This document shows positions 29,031 through 41,105 of a stretch of 64,000 nt of DNA, one piece after another. Each line of letters begins with the position of its first letter. Within the stretch, counting starts at the first letter, position 1. The position numbers and the translations under genes were made by a program. This stretch comes from Octopus sinensis (lineage: Eukaryota). Location of the stretch: assembly GCF_006345805.1 (NCBI RefSeq), contig NC_043001.1, positions 3,100,001-3,164,000 on the forward strand, written 5' to 3'. Below the pieces are notes generated by a model. It had not been told where the DNA came from. It searched no databases and saw only the letters and a program-made list of their open reading frames with translations.

Positions 29031-30134
29031 GCATATGCGCGCGCTTAAAACATAATTTCACAGCAGTTTCGATTTATAGAATTTTACCCGTAAGGTTTTC
29101 ACACCAACGAAGCTGCTATAAAGATGTTTGTTCAAGGATCGAACGCGAAATCAAAAGTGCACAACAGTTTTATCCGTTTCACGATAAAATTACTGCAATA
29201 TGTCTTACACTGAAATGGGAACTTTCCAACGCTGAACTGATTAAATGACGATAGTGTTATGTATAATCTACAGTTCCGCGAAAACCAGCGGTGGTTTGAG
29301 TTGTTTAAATCTATGCCGTGGGGTTCCACTTCTCCCTACAACATACAAACGAATTCATCACACGAACTGTGTTGTCACATGTTCACAAAATATGCCTGAA
29401 TTAAGTGCTCCATTCTAAATACATTAAACTGATAATACATGTTTACATAGGTTTCCCGGCTGTTTGTGTGTTCGTAGATGAGAAATAGGAATTCTGAAAG
29501 TCTGTTTGTAACTATTTATGTATTTGTTTCTGTGTGTTGGCTTCATTGTGAATACTTCAATACAGAGTTAACAGCTCAGAAATCTCTTAAATTATTCGAA
29601 TATGATAAATTAATGTTATTTAAATCACTTAATGTCTATGTTCAAAAGAACAGAAGCAGCTGGAATTCCTGAATACATTCTTGCTTAACATAATGAAAAA
29701 TTAACAGCTATAGATTAAATATATTCTATTATTCTTAGGTATCATTAACCCTTTATTCTATATCAACGTCCATTATCTTTTATTCTGTATTTCTTTAGAA
29801 ATTTCAAGTTAATCCCCTTGTAGCTAGTTTTGTACATGGAAGCAAGTGAAGTGTAGTTTGGTTAAATCTGCAATCCAAGGAATGTAGTGTTAATAAGCGT
29901 CAGAAAAAGTGAATCCATATCAGTTTATAACACAAAGATAAATTACAATGGATTTATATGCTGTGAGGAGTAAAACATCATGCGTTTCGGGCATCTGTCC
30001 TTCTTCAAAGAAAGAGAGAGAAAATTAGAACTAAAATACCAGAGTTTCTTAGAAGCAAAATAAAGTATAGGTTAATTCGAATAAAGCCATTTACTAGGAG
30101 AAGGCGCGTTACCTAGTATGACGGCGAGTGACCT

Positions 30135-30480
30135 TAATGTGAAGGTGTGGTTAATATGTTGCATCCATGATTGCCGGATCGTGGGATCCATTGCCGGACT
30201 GTGCGGTGAGTTGTGTTCTTTAGTAAAACACTTCATTTCACGTTAGTTCAGCGCTGTGTGAGGATCGGTGTGTCGCAGAGTAGACCCAACGTGTCCCCTA
30301 CTTGTCGTAAAAGGTGACTAAATGGGGGTTGGGGTGGGATTTGCACTCTGACCTCGTAAAACTCTCACCAGCAACTACTTACACAGGCAGACGCCCATGG
30401 GCTGAGGGTTGTCCCCTGAGTGATGCAAAGATGTCATCCACCCAGGGAATCACTAATACATAGTGGATGCAGTGACGCGC
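30135..30480 (+). mobile_element. Diverged tRNA SINE with LINE-like 3' part
   Basis: Degenerate head, GTTGTGTTCTTTAGTAAAACACTTCATTTCACG and CTACTTGTCGTAAAAGGTGACTAAA segments; followed by (CTA)n(CTG)n. Confidence 0.5.
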
Positions 30481-30494
30481 TGTTGTAGCGCATG

Positions 30495-30550
<56 letters not shown>

Positions 30551-31512
30551 ACTGCTTGTAGTATTAGTAGTAGTAGTAGTAGTTATCTACCAGTTCTTAA
30601 TGACATTCGTTAATTTAAAGCACAGGTGAGTTCTCATATTTCTAATTTAGGATTTTGAAATTAAATTATGCTAAGACAGAAGGTGACTTTATGAAAGATG
30701 ATTTAATTATGTCTACTACAGTACTTTTGCCAGAAACTGATCTAATTCATTTCTAATCTTCAAATAGCTGGATTCTTCCTCCCGCCATCCTCACCATCCA
30801 CTGGAGTCACTTTTATAATAATACTGAAGCCTTCGAAGTCAGAAATCATTAGTATCATAGTTATGCTATTAAACCCGCAACAGTATTGGCTAAAGCACAT
30901 TTCTTGAATGTTGTCTTCCCAAGGACTTTACTGTGTGGCGAACATTCAAATACGCTAAGCACAAGAAGTCTCCCGTAAGAATATTTCCGTGTTTGTCACT
31001 TTATCATCAGCGGTCTACTAAAACTTCCAGTCATAAAGATCCGTAACGCCCCATTCATCGATTGATGTTCTCTTTCGAGATTACATGCACAACTGATGCT
31101 GAGCACGAGACCAGAACAGATTGTCTCGTGACCAGAATAGATTTCCCCCTTCTAGTTTGTGTGACCATGCTTCCTTGTCTTGTACTGGCCGTGTTATCCC
31201 CCAGCAAACCGCCATTTGTTTTCGTTTGTGAAACCAAGCCAATTTCTTCTTAGTATTAAGTAAACAATACTATGGCCTTTAGAGTGTGTTCCAGACTGAT
31301 TGGTGCTGCTCCTGTCTGGCTTTGACGGCTGCACATCAGCATCTTGGAATGAACTTTTGGAAAGAGTTTCGAATGTCTCGACATTCTGAGAAGAAAAGAA
31401 TCGGCAGAGTCTTTGTTGATGGAAATCATGTGGTATGAAAGAGTAGGAGGAGGAGCGAGTGTGCCACATGGGAGTGAGTGATAACAAACATGAAGTAATA
31501 GAATTAGAAGGA

Positions 31513-31573
<61 letters not shown>

Positions 31574-31574
31574 T

Positions 31575-31605
<31 letters not shown>

Positions 31606-32299
31606 CAGAGATAGATGCTCGCTCATAACTATAAAGATGTTTATGGGAAGTGAAAAGCATGAAACATGTTAACAAGTCATCGTCACTTTCACAAGTGATG
31701 GCTGAGTGTTCAATACATATTTCTAGAAGCTGTTTCTTCAAGGACAACGTAACCCGATCGGCTCAACAGAACTGTTGAAAGAAATGAACTCAAAACAGAT
31801 CTGGACTCATTGAGCTATTCAACCCTTGGTGTAAGCAAAAGAACAATATGACCATCTTTTTAACGACCAGCAAAACATGCTAAACGACGACAAAGACAAC
31901 AACAACAACAAGATGGGTCTAGTGAGACCCAGTTTGCTTAACCGTCTATATCTCATTCAAGCCTTTTGCTTCATACTTCTTTGACCATTTGTAGTAAATT
32001 TCATTTACAAGGGACATAACATCATGCTTCAGTGAGTGAAACTCAGCGATGTTTCCGAATCCGCTTCCAAGTCTCTGCCTGCGATGCTCTTACAGTTGCA
32101 GTCGATGTTTTATAAATTTCTTTTTATCGACCGAACTTTCATATACATTCCTGGTTACAATCCACTTCAATTCACGTTTGGTTACACTCTTCTCTTCCAT
32201 CTGGGTGCAGTTATTTGACTGTGTCACCTTCCATTCAACTTGGAGATCTTTCAAAGTGATCTCTTATGATGTCTTGGAAACCAAATGACTACTGTTCAA

Positions 32300-32359
32300 G
32301 TGTTGTCCATGAGAGTTCAGGTGTTGTCCATGAGAGTTCAGGTGTTGTCCATGAGAGTT
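32300..32359. repeat. 21-bp minisatellite, ~3 copies (GTGTTGTCCATGAGAGTTCAG)
   Basis: Copies start at 32300, 32321 and 32342. Confidence 0.95.
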
Positions 32360-32809
32360 TGAGATGTCTGTTCCAACAGGAATTGTGATTTGGTATTCTA
32401 CGATAGTGTCATTTAAATTAATGTTCTCAGATTATTCCATTGTGAGTATGAAACCTTGGTAGCCGTCTCCATTTTGGATGAGAATGCATGAAGTTACATA
32501 GGACTGTAGGGGATTTCGGGATAAATAAACATACATATTATAGAAGATTGCTCACAAATATATCTTAATTGTTGTCTCCCTTACAAAAGACCTGGGTTCT
32601 TTACAAGAAGTTGCATTCACCGTGAACTGATTAATTCCTCAAAAGTTTTATGTGAGGACATTCGTGCGCGTCTAAATTGTTAAATATAAATAAACATTAT
32701 GTGCACAAGTACATCTGTACAAAATATGTGCACACTGAAATTATGGGCACATGCACAAGCACGGAAAAAAACATATAATGCAGGTGTGCACGTGTGTGTA
32801 TGTGTGTAG

Positions 32810-32886
<77 letters not shown>

Positions 32887-32914
32887 TACACACATATGCA
32901 TATTTTTTATCGCT

Positions 32915-33290
32915 TCAATCGCTTCAGTCATTAGACTGCGGCCATGTTGGGGCAGTGACTTGAAGAATCGGCACCAGTACTTATATTTTAAAAACCTGGA
33001 CCATATTCTGTCTGTTTCTTTTGCCGAATCGTTAAGTTGCAGAGACGTAGAGACACCAATATCAGTTGTCAATTAGTTGTGGGCAACAAATACAGACACA
33101 AAGTCACACATGCGCGCACACACACGAATATATACAAGATGGGCTCCCTTCAGTTTCAGTCTGTCAAATCCACTTGCTAGGCTTTGGATGGCCCATGGTG
33201 AAAATAGATGACACTTGCCCTGCCACACAGTGAGACCGAACCCAGAAGCATGTGTTTGGAAAGCAAAATTTTACCACACACCCATGCCTG
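32915..33290 (-). mobile_element. Family B CORE-like SINE
   Basis: Both arms recognisable. Confidence 0.7.
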
Positions 33291-33414
33291 CGCATATGTA
33301 TCTGCGTCTGTATGTGTGTGTGTGAGTGAGTGTGCGTGTGTGTGTGTGAGTGTGTGTGTGTGTGTGAGTGTGTGTGTGTGAGTGTGTGTGTGTGTGCATT
33401 GACTCTTTTACTCT

Positions 33415-33623
33415 AACGTGTTTCAGTCATTTTGAGTGTGGCCATGCTGCAGCATCGCTTTAGTCGAACAAATCGACCCCAAGACTTATTCTTTGTAAGC
33501 CTAGTACTTATCCTATCGGTCTTTTTTGTCGAACCGCTAAGTTACGAGGATGTAAATACACCAGCATCGATTGTCGAGAGATGGTGGGGACAAACACGGA
33601 CACACAAACAACATACACACACC

Positions 33624-33654
<31 letters not shown>

Positions 33655-34323
33655 TAGTCAATAATAAAAGGGTAAAATTAATTAATTATTAATTATCAAT
33701 TTTACCAAGTAGTGTTCAGTATGTAAAAAGACCATTTACGGTATATTTAAAACATTACGTTATATAATTAGGGTTCAGTAAAATAATTTACTTTACCACA
33801 CACCGAACTTTTAGAAATAGCAGCCAAAAAATTTTAGCTATTTCCTCTACTTTAAGAAAAGTCTCCCAGACAATGTATACTCAAAAATAATTCACGCAGG
33901 TATAAAGGGAAAAATAACGAAAGATCACACGTACATAAGATTACTTGAGAACGCCGTTTCTGGATTAGATGGATATAGAGATCAACATTTCCGTCATCAG
34001 CCCAAGATTTCTTTAGGTTTGAATTTGAGAGCACTAAAAATCGAACATACCCGTCTGATATGAGTAATCCCAGACAAACCATCTTCGACCGCTAGTACTA
34101 ACGAATTCAAAAAGTACGAATGAGACTCTGTAACCTCCCTCGTCCTCCCACGTGAATTATTTTTGAGTATACATTGTCTGGGAGACTTTTCTTATAGTAC
34201 AGGAAATAACTAAAATTTCTTGGCTGCTATTTCTAAAAGTTCGGTGTGTGGTAAAGTAAATTATTTTACAGAACCCTAAATATATAACGTAATGTTTTAT
34301 ATATATATATATTATATATATAT

Positions 34324-34406
<83 letters not shown>

Positions 34407-34410
34407 ATAT

Positions 34411-34464
<54 letters not shown>

Positions 34465-34630
34465 TGTATATATATACAACGGGTTTCTTTTAGTTTCCGT
34501 CTACCAAATCCACTCACTAGGTTTTGGTCGGCTCCAGGCTATGGTAGAAGACAACTAATGTGCCACGCAGGGGAACTGAACCGGGAACCATGTGGTTAGT
34601 AAGCAAGCTACTTACCACACAGCCACTCAT
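33415..34630 (-). mobile_element. Family B SINE split at its central microsatellite by an inverted-repeat element
   Basis: 3' arm ~33415-33625, 5' arm ~34470-34630, foreign sequence between. Confidence 0.75.
33749..34298. repeat. 148-bp inverted repeat (33749-33896 / 34151-34298) with ~250-bp spacer; foldback/MITE-like
   Basis: Arms are near-identical reverse complements, e.g. CTTTACCACACACCGAACTTTTAGAAATAGCAGCCAA / TTGGCTGCTATTTCTAAAAGTTCGGTGTGTGGTAAAG. Confidence 0.9.
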
Positions 34631-34898
34631 GTAATTTAACTAGATTTTCTCCAAATTCCCAGGATAATTATTAATTACCGCCAATTTATACGATCCTAGC
34701 ATGAAATGAAAATACAATTCCATACGAAATGATTTCCAATTTTACAAAGATTTCATTAGCAACTTTCAACCCAACTTCGACATAGCTACAGTCTTTTATA
34801 CAGAATATACACCAATATCGCAATAAAGATAAACACTGCTAAATAATTTACATCATTTACATTTTACATATATTTGTTCTCATCTTGTTTTTTGGTTA

Positions 34899-34942
34899 AC
34901 GCAACGTTTCGGCCGATGTACTCTCCAGCCTTCATCAGGTGT
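34899..34942 (-). ncRNA. Minimal type I hammerhead ribozyme motif (Penelope-like)
   Basis: ACAC CUGAUGA A GGCUGG-AGAGUACA-UCGGCC GAAAC GUU GCGU; one mismatch in stem I. Confidence 0.65.
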
Positions 34943-36319
34943 CTTGGGGAAAATTTCGAACCTAGATTCTCATTCCTAAGGTATTTTGACGATGTTGTTG
35001 TTGCTGTTGTTGTTGATGATGTTATTATTTTTATTATTATTATTATTATGGTCACTGCCTGGGCTCGAACTCGGAATCTTGGGTTAGTAGCCCGCCCTCT
35101 CAAACCACTACACCGTATAAATGATAAATAAGTAAAGAATTTATCAATCAAACTGTGTGAAGAAGACATTATTCACACAACTTGATTTGTCTCGATCAGC
35201 AAAGGGCTCAATGATATGAACGATGCATATCATTTCGGTAATTAGGGAAAGGTAGCAGATGTTGATGTCTGGGTACAAACTGAAACGGCCGTAGGTGATT
35301 TGTCATTTCTCACCCACAGTCAGATGAAACATAATGTTAGTTGTTTGTGATTGTCGAATGTGTTTAGTCGAGTATAATTAACAAATGTAGTGAGGACTGA
35401 AACCAGTGGATAGGTTCTCTACATTATCACATATAAAAATAAACATAGCTTTAAACATCTTTACACATATACATACATACGCACACACACACACATATAT
35501 ATATATATGTGTGTGTGTGTATGTGTGTGGTTGTGTGTGTGTGGTGTGTGTGTATATATACACACCAATATATATGTACATCCATGTGCATGCATACATA
35601 CATCGTACATATATATATATATATAGACAGATACACACATATAAGTATACTTATGCTATATATATATAATATATATATATAATATATTATTTACTATTTA
35701 TTTTATATATATATATCATACATATACATCACACATATATGCATATTCATAAATACATGCATACATACATACATACATATATATAGATAGATACCCACAC
35801 TTGTAAATTTATATACACATACACTTATATAAATAATATACATATGTATGCATTTTTATGTATGCATATATATGTGCATGAATATATGCTAATGAATGAG
35901 AGAGAGAGAGAGGGAGTGAGAGAGAATTATAAAAAAGACAAGCTAGACAGAGATCTAAACAAATACCAAGATACCTGCTGTTCAGTTTTTCCTTTATCTT
36001 TATTCGTATGATTATATTTTTTTTTTGTTTTGGTATTTGTTTTGTTACTCTGCTAAATTTCTTTTTTGCTTTCATCCATTTTGTCTTTTAGTCTATTTTG
36101 AAGACTATTCTGACACAATTCTCATTTGCAGACACAATAAATTCCTGTAGAGTGCAGCTGTTACTGGAATTGTCATTCGAGTCTAACATCCTTTATGATG
36201 TTACATTCGAATGACAATTGCTGGAAATAGGTTAGTAGTGGAGAAACAAAACTTCAGGAGGTTGAACTGCTGTGAAAGAGAGATTCAGGAAGAGTGTGTG
36301 TGTGTGTGTGCTTGTAATA

Positions 36320-36530
36320 TGTATGTGTCACACCGTCGCTTACGGCGACGAGGGTTCAAGTTGATCCGATTAGCGGAACAGCCTGTTCGTGTGAAATTAA
36401 CGTGCAAGTGGCCGAGCACTCCACAGACACGTGTACCCTTAACGTAGTTCTCGGGGGAGATTCAGCGTGACACAGTGTGTGACAAGGCTCTTTGAAACCA
36501 TGCCAAAACTGATATTGGGGCTAGGTGCAG
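36320..36530 (-). mobile_element. 3' portion of family C SINE
   Basis: GTGAAATTAACGTGCAAGTGGCCGAGCACTCCACAGACACGTGTACCCTTAACGTAGTTCTC is the reverse complement of the 39110 copy's 3' body. Confidence 0.75.
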
Positions 36531-36792
36531 CTCTGCACCGCATTGGTTCCTTGCTGTCTCTGAAAGCAAACATTAAAGGAAGATGGAGGTGGAGATGCCT
36601 TTCGGTCATGAATGACAAAATGTATTATATTCTGGTTTTGAATTTTTTTGGTGATCCTAATCAATAAATAACCAGTTAATACCCGACGCTAAACTGATTG
36701 ATAGCAACAGCTATAAGGAATCTATAATAGTGTATACTTTGATTAATATATAGATATATATACATACGTCCATATAGATATATACATACATA

Positions 36793-37135
36793 TAGTGGAG
36801 ACCCCCTTTAGTCATAAATGACCATGGGATTGCACCTAGGAAGTTACCCTCTGAGGTACAAGTCCAGGGAAGGTTGTTTATGGAAGACCAGCAGTCGCCC
36901 ATGTATACCACACTCCCCTCTCTGCACCACTGATGGTATTCAAGGGAAAGGCAAAGGGGCCGATACAGATGTTGCAACTCATTTCTACAGCTGAGTTAAC
37001 TGGAGATCATGAAAGTGTCTTGCAACATGAAAGTGTCTTGCTCAAGAACACAACACGCAGCCCGGTCCGGGAATCGAACTCACAACCTCATGATCATAAG
37101 CTCGACGCTCTAACCACTGAGCTATGCGCCTTCAC
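36793..37135 (-). mobile_element. tRNA SINE with Meta-domain-like central region
   Basis: Reverse complement head GTGAAGGCGCATAGCTCAGTGGTTAGAGCGTCGAG..GAGTTCGATTCCCGG, then TTCTTGAGCAAGACACTTT and CTCCAGTTAACTCAGCTGTAGAAATG. Confidence 0.75.
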
Positions 37136-38253
37136 AACTGAAGATTATGATGATAGTAAAACATACTGCAAAAGAGACACAAATGAAACACTCCATCTGT
37201 GACATCCACGAGGCACACTCATCGTAGCCATAGTCCCAACCACAAATTTAAATTGTATTTTACTTTTAAGTTGAAGCTGTTCTGTTCACTTTGAATTTTT
37301 GGTCAAGAAGGAATAAAACTGAATTTCAGAACATCTGATTTATTCTACATTTAATTTGTGCCCCCCAAAGGGATCGTTATTGTTCTGGGATATGTTGATC
37401 ACTCAGGAAGACGCAGATTCAAAGGCGGCAGCGGAGAAGCATCAAAGAGTCATGACACGGATGTGGGCCAGCTTCCTTAGAGTTAAGGAGTTAAAGGCCA
37501 AAATACATGTCTGAGTGGGCGGTGGGGCTTATTTTCTGAAAACCTTCTGCCATTCCACTCTCCCTAGAGTTTCTTGCTAATCATTGGGAAACCACAACAC
37601 AAACAGCGATGTAATTAGTATTCACGTAATTAGTACTTATGTAATTAGTATATATATTTCAGGTTTTAAAACAAAGACGCGAAATGTGTTTCTATGATCT
37701 CCAAGATAAGAGTTTTCAGGATTATATTGCAAGTAAATAGCAGGAACCATAGAATTGGTAACAACTGTATTTGAACATTGAATGTAACGAGTGACGAAAA
37801 CTAAATGTTATAAGGGGCCTTACGCCTTCTGCTAATAATGTTGTCAACAATAAGAGAATGTTATAACATCAGAAATAACAAAGACCTGACATCAACAACA
37901 GCAACAACAACAACAGCAACATCAAAAGTAACAACAATATCGATAAGAACAACATGAACAACAAAACAAAAAAAATGTTAAACAAAACGAGTAATTAATA
38001 TTAATGTTTTGATTTCTAAGAATAAATGAGTCATTTTTACAGGAATTGTTTATGATTTTTACCATATTTGACAATTCTTGCAGTTCCAACATTATGGTTT
38101 TCGCATCAATAGGTGTATAAGACTTTTAATACAGACTTTGCAGCCATACGCATATTTCATAATGACACAACTACGCAATCATACATAGACGAATACATAG
38201 ATAGACCCATATGCATCCTCAAATATACATTTACATACATGCATACATACATA

Positions 38254-38341
<88 letters not shown>

Positions 38342-39109
38342 CACACACACACATATATGTTCGCATACACAAACACACACAGGAACATAATTTTATCAGA
38401 TTTGAAAAATTATGATAAATATTCATTGTCAGTGAATTTTGTATCACAAAGGAAAAATATTTATTTATTGATTAGGAATTTAATAACCACATAACGAGTA
38501 AGTTGAGAGTTTCTTCAAAGACGTGTGGAATGCGGAGGCACAAGATGTGTGTGAATGTGACAGCATGCTCGTGTGTGTGCGTGTGTGTGCGTGTGTGTGT
38601 GTATGTGTGTGTAGAAATATACGGATAAATATACAGCAAAAATCATGCATGGATATACGTATATGTTTATATAAGGGGTGGTAAGAATATGAATGCTTCA
38701 GTAGGGGTGTGTTCAAACATATATATATATATATGTGCTCCTATATATGCACATGACATATATATATTTATATATGCATATATGTATGTATATATATATG
38801 CATATATATAATATATATATATATGTATACACATACATAAACACAAAAGCACATGCTCTTGCACACAAACTCATACACACACACACACACACACACGCAC
38901 ACACACATCTATGAGTTTACAAGTGAGTATGTTTGTGTGTATATTGTGAGTTGTATATATTCATGTATACAAATAAGAGAATTTCAGAGTGGATATATAT
39001 GGTTATATATGGTTATATATAAATGTATATATGGTTATATATACATTTCCTCACAAATACATCAAACATATATTCCAAACAAATTAACTGTATATTTATG
39101 TATCTATTA

Positions 39110-39460
39110 TGGAGGTGCAATGGCCAAATAGTTAAGGCAGTGGACTCATGGTCGTAAGATCGTGGTTTCGATTCCCGGACCGGGCATTGTGAGTATTTAT
39201 TGAGCGAAAACATCTAAAGCTCCACGAGGCTCCGGCAGCTGGGTGGTAGTGAACCCTGCTGTACTCTTTCACCACAACTTTCTCCCATTCTTCCTGTTTT
39301 AGTTGTACCTGTATTTCGAAGGGCCAGATTTGTCCCGCTGAATCTCCCCGAGAACTACATTAAGGGTACACGTGTCTACGGAGTGCTCAGCCACTTGCAT
39401 GTTAATTTCATGATCGGATCAACCAGAACCCTCGTCGTCGTAACCGACGGAGAGCCACTA
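39110..39460 (+). mobile_element. Family C SINE, 3' variant 2
   Basis: TGGAGGTGCAATGGCCAAATAGTTAAGG..GGTTTCGATTCCCGG head; 3' CCACTTGCATGTTAATTTCA..GTCGTAACCGACGGAG. Confidence 0.8.
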
Positions 39461-39494
39461 CGATGTATCTATTCATCTATGTCTCTATATCATT

Positions 39495-39810
39495 TTACTT
39501 GCTTTTGTCATTTGATTGTGGCCATACTGGAGCACCGCCTTTAGTCGAAGAAATCGACCCCAAGACTTATTCTTTGTAAGCCTAATGCTTATTCTATCAA
39601 TCACTTTTGCCGAACTGCTACGTTACGGAGACAGACACACAAATATACAACGGGCTTCTTTTCTGTTTCCGTCCAACTAATCCACTCACAAGGCTTTATT
39701 TGGCCCGAGGCTATGGTAGAAGACACTTGCCCGAAGTACTACGCAGTGGGACAGAACCCAGAACCATGAGGTTGGTAAGCAAGCTACTTACCACACAGCC
39801 ACTCCTGTGA
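39495..39810 (-). mobile_element. Family B CORE-like SINE
   Basis: Both arms present, centre partly deleted. Confidence 0.8.
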
Positions 39811-39917
39811 ACTTTTATGCTCCTTTTTTCTTATCTCACTTCATCTTGTTATTCCTGTACTCCTGTCCTCGTAGTCATCATTTCATTAATCTATACCCTT
39901 CTCATTTTCCATATTTA

Positions 39918-39971
39918 TCTCTGATGACAGAATATTCCATACACTGGGATATCTCAGAAACAGCTGTAAGA
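39918..39971 (+). ncRNA. Type I hammerhead ribozyme motif with palindromic stem III
   Basis: UCU CUGAUGA CAGA AUAUUCC-AUACACU-GGGAUAU CUCA GAAAC AGCU GUA AGA; ACAGCUGU is a perfect palindrome. Confidence 0.6.
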
Positions 39972-40186
39972 CTTTGAATTTTTTCCAATATAAATAATGT
40001 ACATGACTTGAGCTGATTGCCTTGCCTTAACGTTTGTTGTCCTCTTTAACAATTATTTATCTGCTATATCGGAAAGCTGCAATGGCTCCATAACTAACGT
40101 CTTGGCTACAACCTGGGAGCCTTAGTAATTTTTACGACACTTACCTATTCGTTTAGATTACTTGTGAACTAAACCCCCATACTTTG

Positions 40187-40220
<34 letters not shown>

Positions 40221-40384
40221 TGTATGTATGTATGTATGTATGTATGTATGTATGTATATTTAAGTAGGTGAATGAATTATTCTATGTTTATCGTCAGCAT
40301 AGAAAATTCGTTACTCATTATCGCTTTGTTTACCATGTAGGCAATCATCGAAATTTTTGTTTGTCTTGTTGTCGAGAGAGGCTC

Positions 40385-40477
40385 CCTTTCTTTCCTGATG
40401 AGAAGATTGCATAATGCACCCTTTATTCCTTTGGAATGAGAACATGCTGTCTTCGAAACATGTGTCGAGAGTAAAGG
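40385..40477 (+). ncRNA. Apparently intact type I hammerhead ribozyme, GUC cleavage site after 40466
   Basis: Stem I CCUUUCUUUC / GAGAG(U)AAAGG; core CUGAUGA 40395-40401; stem II GAAGA/UCUUC; GAAA 40455-40458; stem III AC-AUGU-GU; triplet GUC. Confidence 0.75.
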
Positions 40478-40568
40478 AATTTTGTTAACATCTTCGTTCG
40501 ACTCCATTCTTTCATTTATTCATACACACACACACACATATATATATATACACATACATATATATATG

Positions 40569-40601
<33 letters not shown>

Positions 40602-40636
40602 GTATGTATGTATGTGTATGTATGTATGTATGTATG

Positions 40637-40668
<32 letters not shown>

Positions 40669-40729
40669 ATATACACATACATATATATATATATATATAC
40701 ACATACATATATATATATATGTATCCTAC

Positions 40730-41105
40730 TCGGTAGGGTGGTTGTATAGTTCGAAGTTTGCTTCTCAACTGAATGGCTTCAAGTTCATTCCCACTGCATA
40801 CCACCTTGGACATGTGTTTTCTACTAGAGCCTCAGGCCAACCAAACCCTTGTCAGTGGATTTGGTACAGGGAAACCGAAAGAATCCTGCCATGTGTGTGT
40901 GTGTGTGTACTTGCGTTTGTGTCTATGTTTGTCCTCCACCACCATTGCGTTTGTGTGTTTATGTCCTTGTGACGTAGCAGTACGACGAAAGAGACTGATA
41001 GAATGCGTACCAGGCTTTAAAAATAAATGAGTTCTGGGGTTGGTTAATTTTCAAGGCAGTACTCCAGCATGGCCACAAGGAAGTTACTGAAACGAAGAAA
41101 AGGTA
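40730..41105 (+). mobile_element. Family B CORE-like SINE
   Basis: GGACATGTGTTTTCTACTAGAGCC..GTGGATTTGGTAC, internal (GT)n, 3' CTCCAGCATGGCCAC..ACTGAAAC. Confidence 0.75.

Noticed and set aside
29977-30012. Minus-strand HHR-like UUGAAGA AGGAC..GCCC GAAAC GCA
   Set aside because: No NUH triplet, mismatched stem II and no stem I; decayed PLE remnant.
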